Of a stretch of DNA of 44,539 bases, positions 8,333 to 16,524 are shown piece by piece. Every line of letters begins with the position of its first letter. The stretch's first letter is position 1. Below the pieces are notes generated by a model, which was not told the origin of the DNA, searched no databases, and saw only the letters and a list, made by a program, of their open reading frames with translations. Source of the DNA: an uncultured bacterium (GTDB taxonomy: Bacteria > Cyanobacteriota > Cyanobacteriia > CAKZMO01); assembly GCA_964465285.1 (NCBI GenBank), contig CAYXJG010000002.1, forward strand, positions 1 through 44,539, written 5' to 3'. The position numbers and the translations under genes are program-made.

Positions 8333-10702
8333 ATGACTCAAGCCATCGACTTCCTCAGCCAGTTGAATCCCTCCCAGCGTAAAGCCGTTGAGCACTACTG
8401 CGGCCCGCTGCTGGTGGTTGCCGGAGCCGGATCGGGCAAGACCCGTGCCCTCACCTTCCGCATTGCGAATCTCATCCTTAATCACCGGGTTGACCCGGAA
8501 AACATTCTGGCAGTGACCTTTACAAATAAGGCCGCCCGCGAGATGAAGGAGCGCATTGAGAAGCTGTTTGCCGAGTACGAAGCCCTGTCCCGCCACGGTA
8601 AGCCGCTGGAGGCGCTGAGCGAGTCCGACCAGATGCGGTTGCGCTCGCAGGTCTACAAGCAAATTACCAAATACCTATGGATCGGTACCTTCCACGCTCT
8701 TTGCGCCCGCATCCTCCGCTTCGACATCGAGAAATATCAGGACAGTCAAGGGTCGAAATGGACGAAGAGTTTCTCAATTTTTGATGAGTCCGATGCTCAA
8801 ACCCTGGTGAAAACCATCGTCACCCAGCAGTTGAACCTGGATGACAAGAAATTTGAGCCTCGGTCGGTGCGCTACGCCATCAGCAACGCCAAGAACCAGG
8901 GCTTGTCCCCAGAGGAGTTTGAACGGGAGCAGCCCAACTTCCGGGGACGCACCATCGCCAATGTTTACAGCGAATATCAGAAAGCCTTGGCAGCAAACAA
9001 TGCCCTGGATTTCGATGACCTGATTCGGGTTCCTGTGCAGTTGTTCCTCCAGAATGAGCAAATCCTGGGCTACTGGCACAAGCGGTTCCGCCACGTTCTC
9101 GTAGACGAGTACCAGGACACCAACCGCACCCAGTACGACCTGATTCGCTTGCTAGCAACGAATGGGGAGTCGATTGCTGACTATAAGAACTGGACACACC
9201 GCTCTGTCTTTGTTGTTGGAGATGCGGATCAGTCGATTTACTCCTTTAGAGCTGCGGATTTCACGATTTTGATGAACTTCCAGGAGGATTTTGGGGACGG
9301 ATTGCCCGACGACGACACCCGCACAATGGTGAAGCTGGAAGAGAATTACCGATCTACCGAGAACATTCTGCAAATCGCTAACGAGCTCATCGAAAACAAC
9401 ACCGAGCGCATCGATAAGATACTGCGACCGACCCGTGGAGCGGGGGAAACGGTGTACTGCTATCGAGCCGATGATGAGGTAGCGGAGGCGCAATTTGTGG
9501 TGGGCACCATTCGTTCCCTGGTGGCGGAAAATCCTGACCTGAGCTGGGGCGACTGTGCCATTCTCTACCGCACCAATGCTCAATCGCGGGCAATGGAGGA
9601 GGTGTTGGCGCGGTTCAGCGTGCCTTACACCGTGGTGGGAGGATTGCGGTTCTACGACCGGAAGGAAATTAAGGATGTGCTGGCGTACCTGAGGGCGATC
9701 GCCAATCCCTCTGACACGGTGAGCCTCAAGCGCATCATCAACACCCCCCGGCGCGGCGTCGGCAAGACGACGCTGGATCGACTGGACATGGCGGCACAAC
9801 AGTTGGGCGTCCCCCTCTGGGAAATCCTCCAGGACGAAACCTCCGTCAAGACCCTGGCGGGACGATCGGCACAGTCGGTGTTGGAATTCTCTCGCATCAT
9901 CCACAAGTGGCAGGAACAGGCAGACGACCTCTCCGCGTCGGAAATCGTCCAGGGTATTCTGGATGATTCCGGTTATGTAAACGCCTTGAAAGCTCAGAGC
10001 ACCGAAGAAGCAGACGATCGCCTCGGCAACGTGCAGGAACTCTACAACGCGGTTCTTCAGTTTGAAGAGGAAAATGAGGAGTCAAACCTGATGATGTTCC
10101 TGGCGAACGCCTCCCTCGCCTCTGACCTGGATGGACTGAATGACGACAAGGACGAAGTATCCCTGATGACCCTCCATTCCTCGAAGGGATTGGAATTTCC
10201 GGTGGTGTTTCTCATTGGACTAGAGCAGGGGCTGTTTCCCAACTATCGATCTCTGGATGATCCAGCATCCCTGGAAGAAGAACGCCGCCTCTGCTATGTG
10301 GGCATCACCCGCGCTCAGGAACGGCTCTACCTGACCCATGCCCGCGCACGCCGCCTCTACGGTTCCCGCGAGCCCGCCAGTCCTTCCCTATTCCTGGGCG
10401 AACTACCAGCGGAACTGCTGCTAAGCAACCTGGCGTCTGCTGTGCCAAAACGCTACGCCAAGCAGATTCGAGATGTGAAGCGGGAGCGGGGCGGTTCCCT
10501 CAAGCAGTCTCCCAAGGCCGTGGCAGACGGGCAGACCTTTGCGGTGGGCGATCGCGTCATTCACCCCCAATTTGGCCCCGGCGAGATTACCCATGTGTTT
10601 GGGGCGGGGGCAAAGATGTGCCTGGCGGTGAAGTTTGCTGGGCAGGGGCAGAAAATCATCGACCCAAAGCTCACGTCCCTCCAGCCTGTGCAATCATCAT
10701 AG
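8333..10702 (+). CDS. pcrA: ATP-dependent DNA helicase PcrA/UvrD (SF1)
   Basis: Motifs AGAGSGKT (Walker A), VLVDEYQDTN, VGDADQSIYSFRAADF, TLHSSKGLEFPVVF, YVGITRAQERL. ATG at 8333; the ORF opens with GTG at 8312. Confidence 0.9.
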   Translation: MTQAIDFLSQLNPSQRKAVEHYCGPLLVVAGAGSGKTRALTFRIANLILNHRVDPENILAVTFTNKAAREMKERIEKLFAEYEALSRHGKPLEALSESDQMRLRSQVYKQITKYLWIGTFHALCARILRFDIEKYQDSQGSKWTKSFSIFDESDAQTLVKTIVTQQLNLDDKKFEPRSVRYAISNAKNQGLSPEEFEREQPNFRGRTIANVYSEYQKALAANNALDFDDLIRVPVQLFLQNEQILGYWHKRFRHVLVDEYQDTNRTQYDLIRLLATNGESIADYKNWTHRSVFVVGDADQSIYSFRAADFTILMNFQEDFGDGLPDDDTRTMVKLEENYRSTENILQIANELIENNTERIDKILRPTRGAGETVYCYRADDEVAEAQFVVGTIRSLVAENPDLSWGDCAILYRTNAQSRAMEEVLARFSVPYTVVGGLRFYDRKEIKDVLAYLRAIANPSDTVSLKRIINTPRRGVGKTTLDRLDMAAQQLGVPLWEILQDETSVKTLAGRSAQSVLEFSRIIHKWQEQADDLSASEIVQGILDDSGYVNALKAQSTEEADDRLGNVQELYNAVLQFEEENEESNLMMFLANASLASDLDGLNDDKDEVSLMTLHSSKGLEFPVVFLIGLEQGLFPNYRSLDDPASLEEERRLCYVGITRAQERLYLTHARARRLYGSREPASPSLFLGELPAELLLSNLASAVPKRYAKQIRDVKRERGGSLKQSPKAVADGQTFAVGDRVIHPQFGPGEITHVFGAGAKMCLAVKFAGQGQKIIDPKLTSLQPVQSS

Positions 10703-10762
10703 GGCAGCAATACCAGGTGTGTGCGGATGAGGGGGCGATCGCCCTTTTATGACACAAATTTT

Positions 10763-10955
10763 TATAGCAATACACAACTTGGCAAGTTTCGCGCAAAATG
10801 GGGGCTTGGGGCGCGCTCCGCGCGCGCCAAACCCTGTGAATCTGAGAACTTTGCCAAGTCGTAAACAATACGCACTTAGGTTAGGACATTGGAGGAGAGT
10901 ATATCCCCCGCGCAGCGGGGGATATACTTTTGAACCTAAGTCCGTAGGGCGATAG
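10763..10955 (-). mobile_element. MITE family D, copy D1, interrupted by family A copy A4
   Basis: Left arm TATAGCAATAC (10763-10773). It resumes at 10863 as AAACAATACGCACTTAGGTTAGG...TATATCCCCCGCGCAGCGGGGGATATA...GTAGGGCGATA. Reverse complement of D2 at 13174. Confidence 0.65.
10774..10862 (+). mobile_element. MITE family A, copy A4 (degenerate, partly deleted), nested inside D1
   Basis: ACAACTTGGCAAGTTTCGCGCAAAATGGGGGCTTGGGGCGCGCTCCGCGCGCGCCAAACCC..GAATCTGAGAACTTTGCCAAGTCGT. Flanked by aGCAATAC / aACAATAC. Confidence 0.65.
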
Positions 10956-11021
10956 AATTTGGCACCGCTGGCTACAGTTTTTTGACTCAAAATCTTCAAC
11001 AATGCGGCAAACTGATGAGAT

Positions 11022-11124
11022 ATAGCGGTGTGCAATTGGTTCAGCACACCCAAATGTGTTGAGTGGCGGCGCACTGCGCCGCCACTCAACACACTGTACT
11101 TAATGCGCTTGCACAGCGCTATAA
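11022..11124 (+). mobile_element. MITE family B, copy B2
   Basis: TATAGCGGTGTGCAATTGGTTCAGCACACCC..GTTGAGTGGCGGCGCACTGCGCCGCCACTCAAC..CTGTACTTAATGCGCTTGCACAGCGCTATA. Confidence 0.8.
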
Positions 11125-11146
11125 CTGCGAAAGAACTGAGATCGAC

Positions 11147-12883
11147 ATGAGAACAGACCGGATTGCTAAGCTGCTCGGCATTGCCTTTTCCATAAGCCTG
11201 ATCGGGGGCGTCGCCTGCATCCCCACACCGGATACCTCCGAACCCACCAGTGAACCCGCCCGTCCCGATACGGACACCAGCACCTTAAGGTTGCTCTACT
11301 GGCAGGCTCCTACGATTCTGAATCCCCATCTTTCCACAGGCATCAAGGACGCCGAGGCCAGCCGCATTACCCTTGAACCCCTTGCCAGCTTTGACAATGA
11401 AGGCAACATCGTTCTATTTCTCGCGGCAGAAGAACCCACCCTGGACAATGGAGGCTTATCAGAAGACGGCAGAACAGTGGTGTGGACCCTGCGGGACGAT
11501 GTTCTCTGGTCAGACGGCACCCCCTTTACCGCAGCGGATGTGGTCTTCACCTACGAGTTCCTGACCAATCCAGAGGTAGGGGCAACGTCCTCTAGCGGCT
11601 ACGAAGTGGTGGAATCGGTCACGGCTCTGGATGACTACACCGTTGAAGTCACCTTCAAGGAGCCAAACCCTGCCTGGTTTCTGGTATTTATGGGAGCAAG
11701 CGGCATGATTCTGCCCCAGCACGTCTATGCAGACTATAACGGGGCCAATGTGCGCGAGGCTCCTGCCAACCTGATGCCCGTGGGCACAGGTCCCTATCGG
11801 GCGACGGAGTTTCGCCCCGGTGATGTGATCGTGTTTGAACCCAATCCCCACTATCGGGACGCTGCATCTCTGGCGTTTGAGCGCGTTGAGCTAAAAGGGG
11901 GCGGCGATGCGGCATCGGCAGCACGGGCGGTGATGCAGACGGGAGATGCCGATTTTGCCTTTAACCTCCAGGTAGAGGCGAATGTGCTGGAGCAGTTCAC
12001 GGGGACAGGACAGGTGGTATCCGGCTATGGTTCCCTCATGGAGAGAATTTTGCTGAACCAGACTGATCCAAATCAAGCCACCGCCGACGGCGTGCGATCG
12101 CACCTCGACTTTCCCCACCCTTTTTTAACGGACCCCCAGGTGAGAGAAGCCATCAGTCTCGCCATTGACCGCGACACCATTGCCGAACAGCTCTATGGCC
12201 CCACGGGTCAACCCACCGCAAACGTCATCGTTGCGCCCCAGCCGTTTGTATCTCCAACCACAACCTATACCTTTGCCACGGAACAAGCCGCAGCACTACT
12301 GGATGAAGCAGGCTGGGTAGACAGCAACGGCAATGGCATTCGAGATCAGGATGGGGTCGAAATGGAGATGGTGTTCCAGACCTCGGTGAACTCTGTGCGT
12401 CAGAAGACTCAGGAGATTGTGAAGCAAGCCCTGGAATCGATTGGGGTAGCGGTGGAGCTGAAGAGCATCGACGCCAGCATCTACTTCTCAGGAGACCCTG
12501 CTAATAACGACACCACGGAGAAATTCCAGGCAGACTTGCAAATGTACACCACAGGGAATACCAGCCCTGACCCTGGAGATTACATGAAGACGTTTACCTG
12601 TACCGAGATTCCTCAACCGGAGAACAACTGGGTCGGCTATAACGCTGCCCGCTACTGCAATCCTAACTATGATGCCCTCTGGCAACAGTCCACGACAGAG
12701 CTTGACCCCAACCGCCGCCAGGATCTCTTTATTCAGATGAATGACCTGTTAGTGGAGGACGCGGTCATTATTCCGGTGGTGCATCGAGCGGAGGCCATCG
12801 GCGTGGGCGATCGCCTCCAGGGTATCAATCTCACACCCTGGGATCAAAACACCTGGAATATTGCAGAATGGCGAAAGGAATAG
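11147..12883 (+). CDS. Family-5 (OppA/DppA-like) ABC substrate-binding protein; orphan, with no cognate permease or ATPase in the window
   Basis: Signal peptide MRTDRIAKLLGIAFSISLIGGVAC. About 578 aa. Conserved-looking segments WSDGTPFTAADVVFTY and GTGPYRATEFRPGD. The ORF's upstream extension (11063-11146) is translation of MITE B2. Confidence 0.8.
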   Translation: MRTDRIAKLLGIAFSISLIGGVACIPTPDTSEPTSEPARPDTDTSTLRLLYWQAPTILNPHLSTGIKDAEASRITLEPLASFDNEGNIVLFLAAEEPTLDNGGLSEDGRTVVWTLRDDVLWSDGTPFTAADVVFTYEFLTNPEVGATSSSGYEVVESVTALDDYTVEVTFKEPNPAWFLVFMGASGMILPQHVYADYNGANVREAPANLMPVGTGPYRATEFRPGDVIVFEPNPHYRDAASLAFERVELKGGGDAASAARAVMQTGDADFAFNLQVEANVLEQFTGTGQVVSGYGSLMERILLNQTDPNQATADGVRSHLDFPHPFLTDPQVREAISLAIDRDTIAEQLYGPTGQPTANVIVAPQPFVSPTTTYTFATEQAAALLDEAGWVDSNGNGIRDQDGVEMEMVFQTSVNSVRQKTQEIVKQALESIGVAVELKSIDASIYFSGDPANNDTTEKFQADLQMYTTGNTSPDPGDYMKTFTCTEIPQPENNWVGYNAARYCNPNYDALWQQSTTELDPNRRQDLFIQMNDLLVEDAVIIPVVHRAEAIGVGDRLQGINLTPWDQNTWNIAEWRKE

Positions 12884-12994
12884 CGAAACGTGGAGAGATC
12901 CGGAACGTTGCTTTTCCGGACGGTATGCACTCTTGCTGCAGCGGAGAAATTTACCCACCTAGCGCATAAAAGCATTCGTGCTTTATAATAAGCC

Positions 12995-13034
12995 CAAAAA
13001 GAATAAAAAACAGCCCGATGGAGCATGGGGCTGT
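12995..13034 (-). terminator. Intrinsic terminator on the minus strand
   Basis: Minus-strand RNA reads ACAGCCC-CAUGCUCCAUC-GGGCUGU followed by UUUUUUAUUCUUUUU. Confidence 0.6.
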
Positions 13035-13137
13035 CCGTGATATGCAAATGGGTGTTGCCAACAGAGTACCCTTCTGTGTCGTGGGACAGATGGGGGGTGT
13101 CACCCCTCATTGTTAGAGGAATGAAGTAAGGATAAGT

Positions 13138-13343
13138 TTAGCGACCTGCAAGAAAATTGCAAGAAAATAAAGATATAGCCCTACGGGCTTAGGTTCAAGG
13201 GTGTATCCCCCGCGCAGCAGGGGATACACTCTCCTACAATGTCTTAACCTCAGTGCGTATTGCTATATTGGAGGAAAGGGACAGTGGGCTTAGACCGCTG
13301 CCCCTTTTCTCCAGTATCTTCGATTTAGCCGCAGATCCCTCAG
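13138..13343 (+). mobile_element. MITE family E, copy E3, interrupted by family D copy D2
   Basis: TTAGCGACCTGCAAGAAAA(TTGCAAGAAAA)TAAAGA, then the D2 insert, then TTGGAGGAAAGGGACAGTGGGCTTAGACCGCTGCCCCTTTTCTCC..GCCGCAGATCCCTCAG. Confidence 0.65.
13174..13267 (+). mobile_element. MITE family D, copy D2, nested in E3
   Basis: TATAGCCCTACGGGCTTAGGTTCAAGGGTGTATCCCCCGCGCAGCAGGGGATACACTCTCC..GTGCGTATTGCTATA. Confidence 0.7.
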
Positions 13344-13478
13344 AGTACAATTCTTCTGAATTTTGAGAGTTGTTAAGCTAGGGGACATTCTTCCGAAAAG
13401 CCAGGTTTTGGAGGGTGGGCGGCAGAGTGGCGCACCCGCTAAGGCAAGGCATCACTCAAGGATTAGGGATCACACGGG

Positions 13479-13577
13479 GCGGTGTGCAATTGGTTCAGCA
13501 CACCCACATATGTTGAGTGGCGGCGCAGAGCGCCGCCACTCAACACACTGTACTTAATGCGCTTGCACAACGCTATA
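13479..13577 (+). mobile_element. MITE family B, copy B3
   Basis: GCGGTGTGCAATTGGTTCAGCACACCC..GTTGAGTGGCGGCGCAGAGCGCCGCCACTCAAC..CTGTACTTAATGCGCTTGCACAACGCTATA. Confidence 0.8.
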
Positions 13578-13666
13578 AAAGTTAAACCTTTTGGTTCGAT
13601 TTTTTGGTTCGATTTTGGCTTCGGCGGTATACGTAGCGCTAGCCACAGGCGATTACCTGCCCCTGC

Positions 13667-14335
13667 TCATGGCCGCTCAAAGACAACCGACAAGTTATTG
13701 GCAGGCATAGGGATTGTAGAACGGTGGCTTAAACCATTCGAGCGCGCCTCAGCCACCACGTCTGCTAAATCACGAATGCCCCACTCAGGGTTTTGCGATC
13801 GCAAGCTTTGGTCAAACGCTGCATTGCTGCTTGCTATATGAAAGCCATCCTGCTTAAACGGGCCATACAGATAGAGAACTCCACCTGCGGGAAGAACTCG
13901 CTTTGCCCCTGCCATCAATCCACGGCAAGCTGTCCACGGCGAGATATGAATCATGTTGATGTTAACAATGGCCGTGATGGGGTGGGCCACGAGGTCAAAG
14001 TACTTTGAGGATTCTGGTGCCTTATCTGAATCTGAGGCCGGAGAGTATTCTACAGGCCAGGCCGGAGAACACACATCAAGGGCGATCGCCCGGCACAAAT
14101 TATTCACCTGCTCAGCTTCTCGCCATGCATCAATACTCGCCCGCGCCATGGGATTCGGGTCTGAGGGAATCCAGCAGCGGGGCGCAACATGCTTGGCAAA
14201 GAAGACCGCGTGTTCTCCAGTCCCGCTTGCAATCTCAAGCACCGTTCCTGCATCGGGGAGGTGTTGCTGCAATACCTGGAGGATAGGCTGTTTATTGCGC
14301 TGAGTTGCAGGGGCATATTGGCGGAGGTCGGTCAT
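13667..14335 (-). CDS. DUF938-family SAM-dependent methyltransferase-like protein
   Basis: N-terminus MTDLRQYAPATQRNKQPILQVLQQHLP and SAM-binding-like VLEIASGTGEHAVFFA..WIPSDPNP, as in DUF938 proteins. Confidence 0.65.
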   Translation of the reverse strand: MTDLRQYAPATQRNKQPILQVLQQHLPDAGTVLEIASGTGEHAVFFAKHVAPRCWIPSDPNPMARASIDAWREAEQVNNLCRAIALDVCSPAWPVEYSPASDSDKAPESSKYFDLVAHPITAIVNINMIHISPWTACRGLMAGAKRVLPAGGVLYLYGPFKQDGFHIASSNAAFDQSLRSQNPEWGIRDLADVVAEARSNGLSHRSTIPMPANNLSVVFERP

Positions 14336-14541
14336 GGGTAAGCGTGGGGGTAAGGGAGCGAAGACGGAGAGAGGTGTATTCACGAAGCATCACCAACGGC
14401 GTCAGGCGTCAGGAGTATAGCGTCTTCGGCAGAAGAAATGCGAAGCGTTGCTGTTCGGGAAGCCTGTGCATCGTATGTCAAGTCTTAGCCAGGAGAGAGC
14501 GTTATTTACCCTGCTGCCTTCACCGTTTAATTCTCTTTTCT

Positions 14542-16509
14542 TCACCCTTCATCCTTCATGCCTTCTCCTTCTTTCCGGTTTTCTAAATACTGATTAAATC
14601 GCGTCTTGAGCTGTTTAACGGTCAGTCCTTGAGTCCAATATTCAACAAGGGCATTGCCGAAGGCCCAGGCGGTATGGTTGGGGGTGGATGGGTTATCAAG
14701 AAGCAGAGGCCAGAGGGCAAGGAGGTCAAACGAGCGACTATCAGAGTCGCGGCTAAGGAGCGAGAAAAGATCGTAGGCCATCTGTAGTTTACCAATGACT
14801 ACGGGCAATTGCTCAACGGGAATCTGCTCAGCAAGGAGGTAGGCTAGGGTAGGAGAACCTGTCGTCAGTGTAGAGAGAAACTTAAGAACAGGGCTTTTTA
14901 GGAGAGCCGTCAGTCCCTGAGTGGTAGACATCTGTAGGGTATAGCGGTCAATAATGCGGGCAGCGGCAGCGGCGCGGGTTTGGCGATCGCGCAAGAACCG
15001 GGCGAGGCGCAGTTCTTTGGCGGGATCAATCAACTCCAACAAGCTCATGGAGAGCGCGTCGGCGTTCCAGGGCGATCGCCCGGAGGCAGCGTCGGCAGTC
15101 ACTAGGGGGATGATGCGATCGCAGTAATCGCCTAACTGTTCAAAGCGATACTGGGTCGCATCTCGAATCGCTCGTTCTTTGGGCCTATCGCCCTGCTGCC
15201 AGTCATAGGGGGGAGTCCACTCGCGAATGGGGCGGAGGCGATCTACCTGGGTCACAATGATGACTTTAGGCAAATCTTCAACTTCAATGGTGAAATCTTT
15301 GAGGAAATCCGCATCCATTTGCAGAGCAGGGTCGAGGGCAGGCGTGACGAGTAGCAATAGGTCAGCCTTGCGAGCGTAATCGAGCACCAGGTCACGAAAG
15401 TCGGCGCGCTCAATCTGCTCGTATCCCGGTGTATCCAGCAGTTCCAGGTTTACACCTACCGACGTATGCCACTGGTAACTCTGAATTTGGTCGGTGCTGG
15501 GCAGCACGTCTACCTCCGCTGGGTCAGACTCGAACAGGGTGTTAATCAGACTGCTCTTCCCCGCTCCTGTGCGTCCTACTAGCAAAATACTGACGGGTTT
15601 CTGCTCGACCTGTTTTGTTGGTTCAGCTTTTTCAAGAATGTCCTGAATCGTTTGAGTCTTTGCCTTTGGCAGGGCAGAGGAGTCCTCGGTGGTGTCATCT
15701 CCCAGCAGGTTGGAGGAGGGGAGGGTGCCCCCATACAGGGCGATCGCCTGCCGGCAGAGGTTTTGCAAGGCTGCAACCCGCAACATCTGGCTCAGGTTGA
15801 TGATCAGTTCCTGGGTGGCGCGATCGCTTGTGGATTTGCTCGCCGTTTTTGCCACTGCTGCTGCTGGGTTCAATATCCACTGTGCCCAGTTCCAGATCTT
15901 CCAGATCTTCCGTGCTGATGGTTCTAAATTTTGGTATATCTCATAGCCCTGATAGGCTTGCCCCACTGTCACCTGGCTGAGTACGGGAGATAGCTGCTGC
16001 ATCCACCGATCCACATCATCAACCGTGCCCCGAATCAGGCCATAGGCCTGGGGCACATAAATGTTCAACAAAGGATATTTCACCTCTGGATGGTAGAGGT
16101 GCGCCACTTCAACAACTAATGAGCGACACCGCTCCCAAAACGTTGCCCAGTCCTCCCAGGCTGGAGGATCGTCTTTAGACTCGTCTAGAATCCGCTGAAG
16201 CGACTCCTCGGCTTGCCTGATCAGAGCACCGCTGTGATCGGAGATGTTCCTGTCGGGCATGGCGGCAGTGATGTCGTTGTTTGCTTCCGCGAGCATGGCC
16301 TGCACGTCCTGGACTGCTGAGCTAGTCCACTGCACCAGCAGCCACCGCCACCCCACAAACAGCAGGATAAACACTGCCCAAATCCAGTTCATTCTCCAGG
16401 CATGAATTTGAAAGCCCGCCGCTGCCAGGATGAATCCCACTACCAGGGCGATCGGAATCACCAACGCAATCCATTGCCAACGCTTAAGTTGCACCATGCT
16501 GATGTCCAT
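14542..16509 (-). CDS. Membrane-anchored GTPase (MMR_HSR1-type G domain) with long helical N- and C-terminal regions
   Basis: Two N-terminal TM helices (WIALVIPIALVVGFILAAAGF; IWAVFILLFVGWRWLLV). G1 is GRTGAGKSS, G3 is DTPGYE, and the G4-like motif is TQVD. The start lies 15 nt after the recG stop. Confidence 0.75.
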   Translation of the reverse strand: MDISMVQLKRWQWIALVIPIALVVGFILAAAGFQIHAWRMNWIWAVFILLFVGWRWLLVQWTSSAVQDVQAMLAEANNDITAAMPDRNISDHSGALIRQAEESLQRILDESKDDPPAWEDWATFWERCRSLVVEVAHLYHPEVKYPLLNIYVPQAYGLIRGTVDDVDRWMQQLSPVLSQVTVGQAYQGYEIYQNLEPSARKIWKIWNWAQWILNPAAAVAKTASKSTSDRATQELIINLSQMLRVAALQNLCRQAIALYGGTLPSSNLLGDDTTEDSSALPKAKTQTIQDILEKAEPTKQVEQKPVSILLVGRTGAGKSSLINTLFESDPAEVDVLPSTDQIQSYQWHTSVGVNLELLDTPGYEQIERADFRDLVLDYARKADLLLLVTPALDPALQMDADFLKDFTIEVEDLPKVIIVTQVDRLRPIREWTPPYDWQQGDRPKERAIRDATQYRFEQLGDYCDRIIPLVTADAASGRSPWNADALSMSLLELIDPAKELRLARFLRDRQTRAAAAARIIDRYTLQMSTTQGLTALLKSPVLKFLSTLTTGSPTLAYLLAEQIPVEQLPVVIGKLQMAYDLFSLLSRDSDSRSFDLLALWPLLLDNPSTPNHTAWAFGNALVEYWTQGLTVKQLKTRFNQYLENRKEGEGMKDEG

Positions 16510-16524
16510 TGAATCGGAGTTTCC

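Noticed and set aside
9152-9904. 250-aa minus-strand ORF inside pcrA
   Set aside because: It is antisense to conserved helicase motifs, has no motifs of its own, and is Arg/Gly-rich like other shadow ORFs.
10733-10750. HIP1 palindrome GGGCGATCGCCC followed by TTTTAT as a pcrA terminator
   Set aside because: A 12-nt palindrome can form only about a 4-bp stem around a GATC loop, which is too weak to call. HIP1 sites are ubiquitous here.
11063-11146. Upstream extension of the family-5 binding-protein ORF
   Set aside because: The sequence is MITE B2. The signal peptide begins at MRTDRIAKLL (11147).
13482-13841. 119-aa plus-strand ORF
   Set aside because: It starts inside MITE B3 and runs antisense into the 3' end of the DUF938 gene.
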